Source of the DNA: Acidobacteriota bacterium
GTDB lineage: Bacteria > Acidobacteriota > UBA890 > WLXD01
Length of the DNA: 64,000 nucleotides
Reading direction: 5' to 3'
NCBI GenBank assembly: GCA_963666215.2
Contig: CAXWPL010000001.1
Span: 672,001-736,000 of the forward strand
Position 1 is the stretch's first letter. Each line of letters starts with the position of its first letter. Position numbers and translations under genes: made by a program. Positions 30,430 through 41,881 of the stretch are shown here, piece after piece. Below the pieces are notes generated by a model. The model searched no databases, was not told the DNA's origin, and was given only the letters and a program-made list of their open reading frames with translations.

Positions 30430-33400
30430 CTATCGGCGCATCTGGGGCGGTTCGTCGAGCGAGATGACGCCCGAGCGGTCGGGATGCTCACCCGACCAGC
30501 TCACGGTGGTCACAGCGCTCGAACCGACCGTGGCCGGGTCGCCCACCAGCGGCCGGATCTGGAACAGGTAGGTCTTGTCGTCAACGAACCCGAACTCGAT
30601 GTCCCACGGCAGCGACGATCCGCTTTCGTCGAAGGCCTTCGGATATCGAGCGTCGATCTCGTCGACAAGACGCCGAAGATCGTCGATTCGCGGCTCGGTG
30701 AGCAGCCGGGCGTTCCCCTGCACCGGAACGCGGTCAATGCCGCCGGCGCCGGAGGTTACGAGGATCTTGCGCCACACAGCGCGCGCCGACGAAACCAACA
30801 CCGACTCGCCGGCGCCAGCCGTGGCGCCAGGCACGAGAATCGTCTCGGCCGGCTCTCCCTCGACCACGCCGCCGACACCTTCCGAGGCCGTGATGGTCCA
30901 CCAGCCGGCGCGCTTCTCCACCAGGTCGGTGGTGGCAAGCACTCCGGAAGCCTCGGCGGGCACACTGCGCAGCAGAAGAATCGACGGGTAGACGTGCTCG
31001 GGCGTTGTCACCAGCTGCTGCCGCCAGGTGTAGGAGCGTTCGCTGAATGGGCTGGCCCACACATCGCGAATGCCGTCGATAATTCCGTCGACGCTGATGC
31101 GGTTCATCACGGTCAGGTTGAGACCCGCGCCGGTGAAGTTCGGCAGGTCCTCGACATTGGTGTCGGAGCGAACGAAAACGCCGTACGTGCCATCTGGTCC
31201 GAAGTGCTCGTGCAACGCTGCCCGCAGTCGGCGCTCGAAGTCGGGCAGCAGCGGCATGGCCCGTATCGTTCTCTGAATCACTCGCAGGCGCTGTAGGAGT
31301 CGGGCATGGGCCTCTTCTTCGCTGTACCCACGCCGCTGTTCTCCCTCGACGGCCAGATAGGTGGCGCGCAGCTCGGTGAAGAGCGAACGGCCGGTGTTCA
31401 GCAGGTCGCGCTCGATGTGGGCACGAAAGACGCCGAACGGAATCACCAGGCCTTGCTCAACGCGGTCGGGGAAGAAGCTGCGCAGCTTGGCGAGATTGGC
31501 CGCCTTGGGGCCGATGATGCGGCCCGAGTCCTCGGGGCCAACCTCGTCGAGAGTGAAGAGCCGCTGCTCGTCGAGGTCGAGCCGGTCGGCGTCGATGGCG
31601 ATTCCGGCGGCCGGTTGCTGCGAGCGCTGACGCAGCAGCTCGGCGTCGACCGTGCGCAGATCGTCGCCGCGTCCTACGACCACCCCGCCATCCTGGCCGA
31701 CGGAGAAGAACACCTCGCGGCCGGCGTAGGCGCGCAGCTGCGGCAAGAGCTGGGCCGAGATGGCGGCGTTCGGGATGCCCAGGCTGCGCGCCAGGAGCTG
31801 GATGTGCGATAGCCGCGAACCTTCATCGAGGGTCAAGATGCCGGCCACACGACCCAGGTCGAGCACGGTCTTCGGCAGCACGTAAATGCCTCGCGGATCG
31901 AGCCGGCCAAGATCACGCTCGTCGTCAACCACGTACAGGCGTCCGCGGGCCACCCCGGTGTTGAGTGCCATCACGCGGCCTGGCGGCGGGGCGTCGAACA
32001 CGCTGTGCCGCACGCCGGCGGCGAGGCTGGCATCGCGGCTGAGGTCGTCGATGACGTTGCTCAGAGCAAGCAACACCGAGCCGCGCAACATGCCGTCCTC
32101 GAAGCCGCGCGCCGCAGGCTCGACCTGTCTGTAGCGCAGCAGCGGCTCGCCGTACGTTTGTCGAAGCGCGGCCTGTCCCCACAGCACCGCGTTGCCGAGG
32201 TACTCGACGCGCTTGCGGTAGTCCTCGGCGGGCAGATCCCGGCCGCTGGGTTGTGCCCGTAGCGCTACATACTCGCGTTCGGTCAGCCAGCCGCTGCCGT
32301 AGGCGGCGTCGGTGAGGTTCTCGACGAAGGCGAGATACTCCGCTCGCGATGCGCGACCGCCGCTGGGTGTTCTCCTCGACGCCAGCCACGAGTTGCTGGA
32401 GCTCCGTAGGAGAGCGTCGCCGTAGTTGATCAGGTCGAGCACGTGCAGTGCCTGCGCACCGGCGCGGCTGCCTGAGCCCAGCTGGTTGTAGCCTCGGCGC
32501 GCCGCCAGCAGCAGGCGCGACAGCTCAGCGACCTGCTGCCGCACGGTGCCGCCGCGAATCGCAGCCGCCGCTGCCCGCATTTCGGCCGTCAGATCCGTTC
32601 GGTCGAGCTCGTCGAGCTCGCTCGCAAGCGATGCCCATCGGTGTTCGTCGAGGTCGGCGGAGTAGAGCGTCTGCAGCTGGTCTTGGAGCTCGGCGAGTGT
32701 GCGGCGCATCATGCTCGAGCGCCGTTGCGCGGAATTCGCCGCCGCGCGTACAGCGTCGAGGTCGTCGGGCCCGGGGCTCGAGTGGATCTTGATGCGCAGA
32801 TCCATCAGCTCTGGGTTGAGACGGGCCATTTGCGTGGCGAGCTCGCGAATGCGATCGCCGGGCACTCCCGGCTGGCCGTGCGGCACCGCGGCCACGAGCG
32901 GGGTTGCGAGCAGCGGATTGTCGCGGCGCCAGGCAGGATCGCTCAGCAGCCGCACCAGGTGGCGGCGGCCGTAGCGCTCTTCGCTTTCGATTTGGCGCGC
33001 GCCTCGGTAGTAGCGCGCACCGCGCAGCACCCAGCCGTCGTCGTTGTCGACGAGGTAGTCCTCGAGCACCAGCTCGCGCAAACGGTAGTGGCCGCGGCGC
33101 GCGTCCTCGAATTGTTCGTAGGGCAGCGCCACCAGGATCGTGCCCACGTCGAAGCCCAACGCTTGAAGCCGATCGGCGTCGTCGGTGTAGGAGGCGTGCT
33201 GCTCACCGCCGCCACGCTTGCTGCAGGCGTAGGGCGTGGGAGGGAGTACGGCGCCGTCGCGGCAGTACCAGCGAATCCGCAGGTACGGGCCCTTGTCTCG
33301 CTGCTTCATCGCAGCGATCTCCGCTCGGACGTCGGCGACTTGATTGGCCGAGAGCGTAGGTAGCGCTTGGTGCTGAGCGCGCGCCGGAGCGACCTGTACG

Positions 33401-33501
33401 GTCGCGATCAACAGCGCTATGAGCGCTAGCAGTGGCACACAGGTGGTCCGAGCCAGCGATGGCCGGCCGCAGCGGTTGTCGACATGATCTGGAATGAGCA
33501 T
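30430..33501 (-). CDS. Exported PEP-utiliser/dikinase-family protein (phosphohistidine swivel domain + C-terminal ATP-grasp domain)
   Basis: Signal peptide ending ARA/QH; GILTLDEGSRLSHIQLLAR; GPKAANL, VIPFGVF, VRSDTNVEDLPNFTGAGLN, DIEFGF, FQIRP. Confidence 0.8.
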   Translation of the reverse strand: MLIPDHVDNRCGRPSLARTTCVPLLALIALLIATVQVAPARAQHQALPTLSANQVADVRAEIAAMKQRDKGPYLRIRWYCRDGAVLPPTPYACSKRGGGEQHASYTDDADRLQALGFDVGTILVALPYEQFEDARRGHYRLRELVLEDYLVDNDDGWVLRGARYYRGARQIESEERYGRRHLVRLLSDPAWRRDNPLLATPLVAAVPHGQPGVPGDRIRELATQMARLNPELMDLRIKIHSSPGPDDLDAVRAAANSAQRRSSMMRRTLAELQDQLQTLYSADLDEHRWASLASELDELDRTDLTAEMRAAAAAIRGGTVRQQVAELSRLLLAARRGYNQLGSGSRAGAQALHVLDLINYGDALLRSSSNSWLASRRTPSGGRASRAEYLAFVENLTDAAYGSGWLTEREYVALRAQPSGRDLPAEDYRKRVEYLGNAVLWGQAALRQTYGEPLLRYRQVEPAARGFEDGMLRGSVLLALSNVIDDLSRDASLAAGVRHSVFDAPPPGRVMALNTGVARGRLYVVDDERDLGRLDPRGIYVLPKTVLDLGRVAGILTLDEGSRLSHIQLLARSLGIPNAAISAQLLPQLRAYAGREVFFSVGQDGGVVVGRGDDLRTVDAELLRQRSQQPAAGIAIDADRLDLDEQRLFTLDEVGPEDSGRIIGPKAANLAKLRSFFPDRVEQGLVIPFGVFRAHIERDLLNTGRSLFTELRATYLAVEGEQRRGYSEEEAHARLLQRLRVIQRTIRAMPLLPDFERRLRAALHEHFGPDGTYGVFVRSDTNVEDLPNFTGAGLNLTVMNRISVDGIIDGIRDVWASPFSERSYTWRQQLVTTPEHVYPSILLLRSVPAEASGVLATTDLVEKRAGWWTITASEGVGGVVEGEPAETILVPGATAGAGESVLVSSARAVWRKILVTSGAGGIDRVPVQGNARLLTEPRIDDLRRLVDEIDARYPKAFDESGSSLPWDIEFGFVDDKTYLFQIRPLVGDPATVGSSAVTTVSWSGEHPDRSGVISLDEPPQMRR

Positions 33502-33634
33502 GGCTCCCGCGGATCATCCAACGGGGTAAGCCCAGGCCGTACCGCTGTTTGTATGTCTCGCCGCCCGCGCTGTCAAAGTTGCAGTTGCTTTTTGGGCCGC
33601 GACATTTCCTCGCAGGGGCGCCCTTCTAGGGTGG

Positions 33635-33664
33635 TTGCAAATAGAGTGACAACTACTATAGTAG
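33635..33664 (+). promoter_or_regulatory. Sigma70-type promoter overlapped by a palindromic operator (PadR autoregulation candidate)
   Basis: TTGCAA-N16-TATAGT; perfect palindrome CTACTATAGTAG at 33653-33664. Confidence 0.6.
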
Positions 33665-33720
33665 CTGCAGGAAGACATCCCGATCGAAGCCGTCAGCCCA
33701 CCAGCCCGAAAGGAAGCCAG

Positions 33721-34077
33721 ATGCCGCGCCGCACCAGCGACCGTACAGACCGCCAGGTTCCGCTCAGCCATCTCTCCTTCCAGGTCCTCTTGGCTTTGGG
33801 CGACGCGCCGGCGCACGGCTATGCCATCGGCAAGGAGGTCGAGCGTCGCTCGGAGGGCGCCCTGCAACCGACGACCGGCGCGCTCTACCAAGCGCTCCGA
33901 CGCCTCGAGGCGGATGGCCTTGTTGAGCCGGCCCCGGCCGATGGCTCCTCCGGCGATAGTCGCCGACGATACTTCCGGCTCACCGAGCGCGGACGCGACG
34001 TCGCGTCGCTCGAAGCGGGACGGTTGCACCGGCTTGTGGAAGTGGCGCGAAGCCGCAAGCTCTACGTCGGCTCCTAG
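33721..34077 (+). CDS. PadR-family transcriptional regulator
   Basis: HGYAIGKEV, GALYQALRRLE, RRRYFRLTERGR. Confidence 0.92.
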   Translation: MPRRTSDRTDRQVPLSHLSFQVLLALGDAPAHGYAIGKEVERRSEGALQPTTGALYQALRRLEADGLVEPAPADGSSGDSRRRYFRLTERGRDVASLEAGRLHRLVEVARSRKLYVGS

Positions 34078-34106
34078 TTGAAACGCTCGAAAACAACGAT
34101 ACCGAC

Positions 34107-35024
34107 ATGAACGCGACACGCAGCATCTATCGGTTGCTCATGCGCCTGTACCCGCGGGCGGTTCGACATCGTGACGGAGCGGCGATGCTCGAAACCTTCG
34201 GGCGCCGCGCCGAGGAGACCGCGGCTCGCGGTGGGCTAGCGGTCCGCCTCGCCTTTCTGGCCCGCGAGTGCACCGGGCTGGTGCGCGCGGCGCTGGCGGA
34301 GCGCCGCTCACCCGACGGTCTCGCCGCGATCGCCCGCGACGTTCGCTTCGCAGCCCGGAGCCTGCTTCGAACGCCCGGCTTCACGTCGGTAGCCGTGCTC
34401 ACGATGGCGCTCGGTATTGGCGCCAACGCGGCGATCTTCAGCGCTGTCGACACCGTGGTCTTCCGCTCGCTGGCGTATCCGGAGTCCGAACGGCTCGTGC
34501 GCGTGTGGCCCGAACACACCACGACCAAGCAGATCTTCGAGCAATTGCAGGAGGGCTTGAACGAACACGGCTCGCTGGCGATGTACAGCGGCTGGGACTT
34601 CACGTTGACCGATGTCACCGAGCCGCAGTACCTGTCGGGCGCCGCCGTGTCGTCGAACTACTTCGAAGTGCTCGGCGTACAGCCGCTGCTAGGGCGTTTG
34701 TTCATGCCAACCGTCATGAGCTACGCCGTGGGTTGCCGCACGAGAGAGCTCGGCATTCGCATGGCGCTCGGCGCCACGCCCACCGAGCTCGTTGGATCGG
34801 AGTTGGCGCGCGGCATGATTCCGGTTGTTGTGGGAGTAGTCGTAGGGCTGCTACCGGCCCTGGCCGGTGGCCGTCTGATCGCCTCTCAGCTGTTCGAGAT
34901 TGAGCCTACCGACCCCGCGACCTACGCGGTTGTGGTTACGTGCCTGCTCGCCGCCGCCCTGCTGGCGGCCTACCGGCCGGCAAAGAGCGCATCTCGAATC
35001 GACCCGGTTCGCTCGCTCCGATAG
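34107..35024 (+). pseudogene. ADOP/MacB-type ABC permease with a large in-frame internal deletion
   Basis: The N-terminus (DVRFAARSLLRTPGF...QPLLGRLF) joins directly to the last FtsX domain (VMSYAV..RTRELGIRMALG); 305 aa versus about 915 aa for the paralog at 38957. Confidence 0.75.
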
Positions 35025-35067
35025 GCGTCATATCGTCCGCGTATTCGCGGCTGGTACCATGCGGTCC

Positions 35068-36378
35068 ATGTCCTTTCGTCACGGGTTGTCGTTTGTCGTG
35101 CTCGTTGCTTTGGCCGCGTCAATCGCTGGCGCCGTGCCGGCGATTTCGTCGAGCACGGGTGTCCTCAGCGATGACGTGGCGATGATCGCCGCCGACGGTG
35201 AAGCGGCCAGGTACTGGTCGCGCTGGCGCGGCCCCTCGGGCCAGGGACTCGTGGCGGGCGACGGTTATCCGCGCACCTGGTCGACCTCCGAGAACGTCGA
35301 GTGGAAGGTCGAGGTGCCGGGCACCGGTAATTCGTCGCCCGTTGTCTGGGCCGACAAGCTGTTCTTGACCTCCGCTTTCGACGGCGGCCGCCGCATCTCG
35401 CTGCTAGCATTCGATCGGCGGGACGGGAGCCTACTGTGGCAGGCGGACGCGCCCGATGCTCCGGCGGAGGATGTTTATCCGAAAAACGGGTACGCCTCCG
35501 GGACTCCGTCAACCGATGGCGAGCGTGTGTACGCGTATATGGGCAACCACGGTCTGGTCGCCGTCGATATGGAGGGCAAGCTCGTCTGGCACCGGAGCTT
35601 CGGCGAGATTTCCGCTTCCCATGGCACCGCCGGCTCGCCGCTTCTCTACAAGGACCGCGTCATCGTCTACCAGGACCTGCGCAGAGGCACCGAGGTGAAA
35701 TCGTTCGTGGCTGCCTTCGATGCCCGCACCGGAGAGCCCGTTTGGTGGACCGATCGCCGGCAGAACACCGGGTGGGGGACGCCGATCGCCATCAGCGCCG
35801 GAGATCACGACGAGATCATCGTCAGCAGCCAGCGCGAAGTGGTGGCGTACGACCCCGACAACGGCACGGAGCTCTGGAATGCCGGAGGCAACAACTTCGA
35901 GGTCATCCCAACGCCCGTCGTGGGACACGGGCTGGTGTTCTGCTCGTCGGGTCGCGCCGGCCCGACCCTGGCGATCCGCCCGGGTGGCAGCGGCGACGTG
36001 ACCAACACGCACATCGCGTGGAGCAGTCCCAAAGGCTCGCCCTTCGTGCCCTCCACGCTGCTTTACGGCGACTACCTCTACATGATCAACGACATGCAGA
36101 GCATCATCACCGTTTACGCGGCTGCCAGCGGCGAGGTGATGTACCAGGCGCGCCTCGGCCGTGCGGCACGCGAGAGCTTCTCGAGCTCGCCTGTCGCCGT
36201 GGATGGCCACGTCTTCGTCACCAACGACGCGGGCGAGACGTTCGTCATCGAGGCCGGTCCCGAGTTCAAGCTGGTGCACACCAACCGCCTCGAGGAGCGG
36301 ACACTGGCCTCGCCCGCGCTGGTCGACGGGCACTGGTACATCCGCACCGCGCGGCATCTCTGGTCGATCGGCGACTAG
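35068..36378 (+). CDS. Exported PQQ-like beta-propeller protein (BamB-like)
   Basis: WSRWRGPSGQG, WKVEVPG.GNSSPVV, repeated G..LW blades; TACCAT -10 box lies 7 nt before ATG 35068. Confidence 0.88.
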   Translation: MSFRHGLSFVVLVALAASIAGAVPAISSSTGVLSDDVAMIAADGEAARYWSRWRGPSGQGLVAGDGYPRTWSTSENVEWKVEVPGTGNSSPVVWADKLFLTSAFDGGRRISLLAFDRRDGSLLWQADAPDAPAEDVYPKNGYASGTPSTDGERVYAYMGNHGLVAVDMEGKLVWHRSFGEISASHGTAGSPLLYKDRVIVYQDLRRGTEVKSFVAAFDARTGEPVWWTDRRQNTGWGTPIAISAGDHDEIIVSSQREVVAYDPDNGTELWNAGGNNFEVIPTPVVGHGLVFCSSGRAGPTLAIRPGGSGDVTNTHIAWSSPKGSPFVPSTLLYGDYLYMINDMQSIITVYAAASGEVMYQARLGRAARESFSSSPVAVDGHVFVTNDAGETFVIEAGPEFKLVHTNRLEERTLASPALVDGHWYIRTARHLWSIGD

Positions 36379-36500
36379 CACTGAGTTCTGCTGTGCCGTC
36401 CCAGTCTTCGGTTGGCGCACTTGCCAGGCTCCTGGTACTGTCGTGCAGTTCCAGGCCCCCCTGATCCCGCAAACGTCCAACCTCGGGTAGGGCAGACACT

Positions 36501-36528
36501 GAGCCCGCACGTCCGCGTGCGGGCTCTT
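36501..36528. terminator. Hairpin terminator between convergent genes
   Basis: gagcccgcacg-tccg-cgtgcgggctc, a perfect 11-bp stem. Confidence 0.7.
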
Positions 36529-36583
36529 GCTCTATCTAGCGGTCGATGCAGCTGCGAAGCCGGACAAGTTGCGGCGAGCTCGG

Positions 36584-38439
<1,856 letters not shown>

Positions 38440-38530
38440 CCGGAGACGATAGCAGCCGGCCCGCCCGAGCTGGGATCGCCAGGGTCCCTGGCGGATCCGG
38501 GCTCACCTCCGCGCGTGGGCTCGAGAGGCG

Positions 38531-38588
38531 TTGCTCTTGCCTCATCATGTGAGGTATAGTCGCCGCTACCTCCCCTCATCATATGAGT
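38531..38588 (+). promoter_or_regulatory. Promoter with two palindromic operator copies upstream of the second PadR gene
   Basis: CCTCATCATGTGAGG (38540-38554) and CCTCATCATATGAGT (38574-38588) flank TATAGT (38555-38560). Confidence 0.7.
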
Positions 38589-38615
38589 CCAACCTTTCCG
38601 ACTAGCGGAGACAGC

Positions 38616-38948
38616 ATGCGTCGACGGCGTTCTAACCTGCTGCAGGGTACGGTCGAGATCCTCATCCTGCAGATGCTCGACGGCGAGCCCATCCATGGCT
38701 ACGCGGTGTCGCAGGCCATTCGTGAGCGCACCGACGGTGAGCTCGAGCTCGAGGACGCGGCGCTTTACCAGGCACTGCATCGGCTCGAGGGGCGTGAGCT
38801 CGTCACGTCGCGTTGGGGCATCACCGAGAAGCGCCGACGCGCCAAGTATTATGAGCTCACCGACGCCGGCCGCGAGCGGCTACGCACCGAGGTTGTGTCG
38901 TGGCGACGCTACGTCGACGCTGTCTCCAAAGTCCTCGAGCCGGTCTGA
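38616..38948 (+). CDS. PadR-family regulator, acidobacterial type
   Basis: LLQGTVEILIL, HGYAV, LYQALHRLE, WGITEKRRRAKYYELT. Confidence 0.93.
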   Translation: MRRRRSNLLQGTVEILILQMLDGEPIHGYAVSQAIRERTDGELELEDAALYQALHRLEGRELVTSRWGITEKRRRAKYYELTDAGRERLRTEVVSWRRYVDAVSKVLEPV

Positions 38949-38956
38949 GGTTTCCG

Positions 38957-41704
38957 ATGCCCTCAAATCCTTTTCGTCCGTCGAAGTTCCGCTTCCGGCT
39001 ACCGTTCCACACCGCTCGACAGGCCGATGGAGACCTCTCTCGGGAGATCGATCACCATCTCGACGAGCGGGTCGACGATCTCATCGCCCAAGGTGTTTCC
39101 GAGAGTCAGGCTCGCACGCAGGCGCGGCAAGAGTTTGGCGACCTCGAGGCTACGCGGCGTGGCTACGTTCAGATGTCGGAACGCAAGGACCTGCGGCGGC
39201 GCCAGCGTGAGTGGTTTCAGCACCTCCTTCAAGACGTCCGCTACGCCGCCCGCCAGCTGCGGCAGAGCCCCGGCCTGAGCGCCATTACTCTCACCGTTCT
39301 GGCGCTCGGCATCGGCGCCAACGTTGCGATCTTCAGTCTGGTCGAGGCGACGCTGCTCCGAGCGCCCTCGGTGAGCGAACCTGAGCGACTCGTGGCGATG
39401 TGGACGACCTGCCGACGCGGCGATGAGCGCTGCTCGTCGTCGTACCCGGACTATCTCGACTTTCGCGACAGGTCGCGCAGCTTCGACGATCTGGCCGCCT
39501 ATGACGGGACGGTGGCGACTCTGGGCGGCGACGCCGGTACCACCAGCGAGGCCGAGCTCGCCAACACGGTGTTCGCCACGGGCAACTACTTCGATCTGCT
39601 GGGCCTGCAACCGGTTCGCGGTCGCTTGCTCACGCCGGCCGATGACGATCGCGCCAGCCCAATGCAGGTCGCCGTTGTGAGCTATCGCCTGTGGCAGCAA
39701 CGCTTCGGCGGTGCCGATGATGTCGTAGGTTCAACGCTCCGCATCAACAAGGCGCCGTTCACGGTGGTCGGTGTTCTTCCAGCAGGATTCAACGGCCTCT
39801 TCGTCGGCGGTGAGCCCGACGTTGTTGTCCCGCTTCTCACTGCGCCCGTGCTTGGCGAGAGTGGCGTCCCCGTTGAGATCTTCGCCGAGCGCGCTGCCCG
39901 GTGGATCGACCTTACGGTCGGTCGGCTCGCTCCCGGGGTCGACTTCGAAACCGCGCGAACGGAGATGCTCGCGATCTCCGAGCAGCTGGCTGTCGAGGAT
40001 CCGGAGGCCCGTGGTCCGCGCTCAGTTCACCTCGAGCCGATCGGCCGTTACCTGCTGCCGACCTTCGGTGGCTTCGATCTGTCGCGTTTCCTCTTCGTGC
40101 TGCTGTCGGTCGTCGGTATGGTCCTGCTGTTGGCCTGCGCCAACCTCGCGAACGTCTATCTGGCGTGCGCCACAGCCCGGCGGCACGAGATGGGCTTGCG
40201 CATGGCGATCGGCGCCAGCCGCGGTCGGCTGGTCCGGCAGTTGTTGACCGAGAGCGTGGTCTTCGCAGCGATCGGAGGCGTGCTCGGAATCGCCGCCGCG
40301 GCGCTCTCGTTGCGCCTGCTGGCAAGCCCGCAGCTGCCCGGTGGCCTGACGTTGGCGTCGGTTCGGCCCGCCCTCGATCTCCGTTTGCTCGCCCTTGGCT
40401 GCTTGTTGGCTTTGATCACGGGCGCCGCGTTCGGCCTCGTACCGGCGCTTCGGGCGACGCGTGGAACCCGCGCCAGCCTGCAGGCCGATCTGCGTGGCGC
40501 CCGCAGCGGTGACGGCAACGATCGCCTGCACCACGTGCTGATTGCGGCCCAGATCGGGATCTGCGTCGTGCTCCTTACCGGCTCTGGCCTGTTCCTGCAG
40601 GCGGCTCGCAATGGACTGAGCATCGATGTCGGGTTCGCGACCGACGGGTTGGCGGTGGCGCGCTTCGACCTCTCGAGCCTGCAGTACGAGCCAGCCGCGG
40701 CCCGCGAGTTCACCGACGCGCTTGTGGCTCGCATCGAGGCACTGCCGGGCGTAACCGGCGCCAGTGTCAGCACCCGTGTCCCGGTTACCGACAGCGCCGG
40801 CACAGCCACGATGTTGAGCGCGGTTCAGGGTTATGAGCCGGCGCCCGACGAGGAGCTCAGGCTCGAGTATGCCCACGTCGCGCCCGGCTATTTCGAGGCC
40901 CTGGGCTTGCCGGTGGTCCGCGGCCGTACATTCGAGGCTGCCGATGACCAGAGTCGCCCGCGGGCGATGGTGATCAACCAGACGATGGCGCGTGCTTGGT
41001 GGCCCGACGGCAACGCCGTGGGCGGGATGGTCACGCTGGGCGAGGCGCAGATCGAGGTCATTGGTGTTGTCGCCGACGCGAAGTGGGACGATGGCCTGCG
41101 GGTTGACGGCTATCCGTTCGGGTTCTTTGCCTTGGCGCAGGGCAGCGAAGGCACCGTCGCGCATCAACGTCCGATCAATCTGGTCGTTCGGGGCGCCAAC
41201 ATCAAACAGCTGTTGCCCGCCGTGCGACGCGAGATCCAACTGCTCGATGGCGACCTGGCGCTGTCGAGCTTGCAGACCATGGGCCGCGTTCTGGACCAGG
41301 TGTTGGCGCCGCAGCGGGCTGGCGCGGCCTTATTCAGCGGTTTCAGCCTGTTGGCATTGACGCTCGCGGCAGTCGGAATCTACGGCGTGGTGAGCTACAG
41401 CGTTGGGCGGCGGACGCGCGAGATGGGCATCCACTTGGCGCTCGGGGCCAGCTCGCGCGACGTCGTGAGCCTGGTTGCGCGCGGCATTGTCATACCGGTC
41501 GTTGCCGGGTTGGCGGCGGGCCTGGCGGCAGCGCTCGCGCTGTCGCGAGCCGTGGAGGGGTTCATGTACGACGTGACCCCTGGCGATCCGCTGACGCTCG
41601 CGGTCGTACTGGGGTTGCTCGCACTCGCCGCAGCGGTTGCGACAGCGATCCCGGCACGTCGCGCCGGTCGTGTAGATCCGGTGGTCACGCTCGCGGCCGA
41701 GTAG
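38957..41704 (+). CDS. ADOP-family duplicated ABC permease (MacB/FtsX)
   Basis: EIDHHL...ARQEFG prefix, QDVRYAARQL, LALGIGAN, LACANLAN, RTREMGIHLALGA. Confidence 0.92.
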   Translation: MPSNPFRPSKFRFRLPFHTARQADGDLSREIDHHLDERVDDLIAQGVSESQARTQARQEFGDLEATRRGYVQMSERKDLRRRQREWFQHLLQDVRYAARQLRQSPGLSAITLTVLALGIGANVAIFSLVEATLLRAPSVSEPERLVAMWTTCRRGDERCSSSYPDYLDFRDRSRSFDDLAAYDGTVATLGGDAGTTSEAELANTVFATGNYFDLLGLQPVRGRLLTPADDDRASPMQVAVVSYRLWQQRFGGADDVVGSTLRINKAPFTVVGVLPAGFNGLFVGGEPDVVVPLLTAPVLGESGVPVEIFAERAARWIDLTVGRLAPGVDFETARTEMLAISEQLAVEDPEARGPRSVHLEPIGRYLLPTFGGFDLSRFLFVLLSVVGMVLLLACANLANVYLACATARRHEMGLRMAIGASRGRLVRQLLTESVVFAAIGGVLGIAAAALSLRLLASPQLPGGLTLASVRPALDLRLLALGCLLALITGAAFGLVPALRATRGTRASLQADLRGARSGDGNDRLHHVLIAAQIGICVVLLTGSGLFLQAARNGLSIDVGFATDGLAVARFDLSSLQYEPAAAREFTDALVARIEALPGVTGASVSTRVPVTDSAGTATMLSAVQGYEPAPDEELRLEYAHVAPGYFEALGLPVVRGRTFEAADDQSRPRAMVINQTMARAWWPDGNAVGGMVTLGEAQIEVIGVVADAKWDDGLRVDGYPFGFFALAQGSEGTVAHQRPINLVVRGANIKQLLPAVRREIQLLDGDLALSSLQTMGRVLDQVLAPQRAGAALFSGFSLLALTLAAVGIYGVVSYSVGRRTREMGIHLALGASSRDVVSLVARGIVIPVVAGLAAGLAAALALSRAVEGFMYDVTPGDPLTLAVVLGLLALAAAVATAIPARRAGRVDPVVTLAAE

Positions 41705-41881
41705 CCAGACCTGGTCGAATCAAGCGTGAATCGGCGAGTCGGCCTGGCGCGATGGGGAGTGGGCGAGTAAGAATCGAGGTCCTCACGCTGACGAGTCTGC
41801 GCTCCGAACCTTTTGGATGGCAGTCCGCGCGGCGGTGGGTCCACCACGTTGACATCCCCCGACCTACCGGAGGTCACACCC

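Noticed and set aside
30430-33501. Annotation as PEP synthase/PPDK or rifampin phosphotransferase
   Set aside because: Domain order is reversed, the pyruvate-binding barrel is absent, and a signal peptide is present
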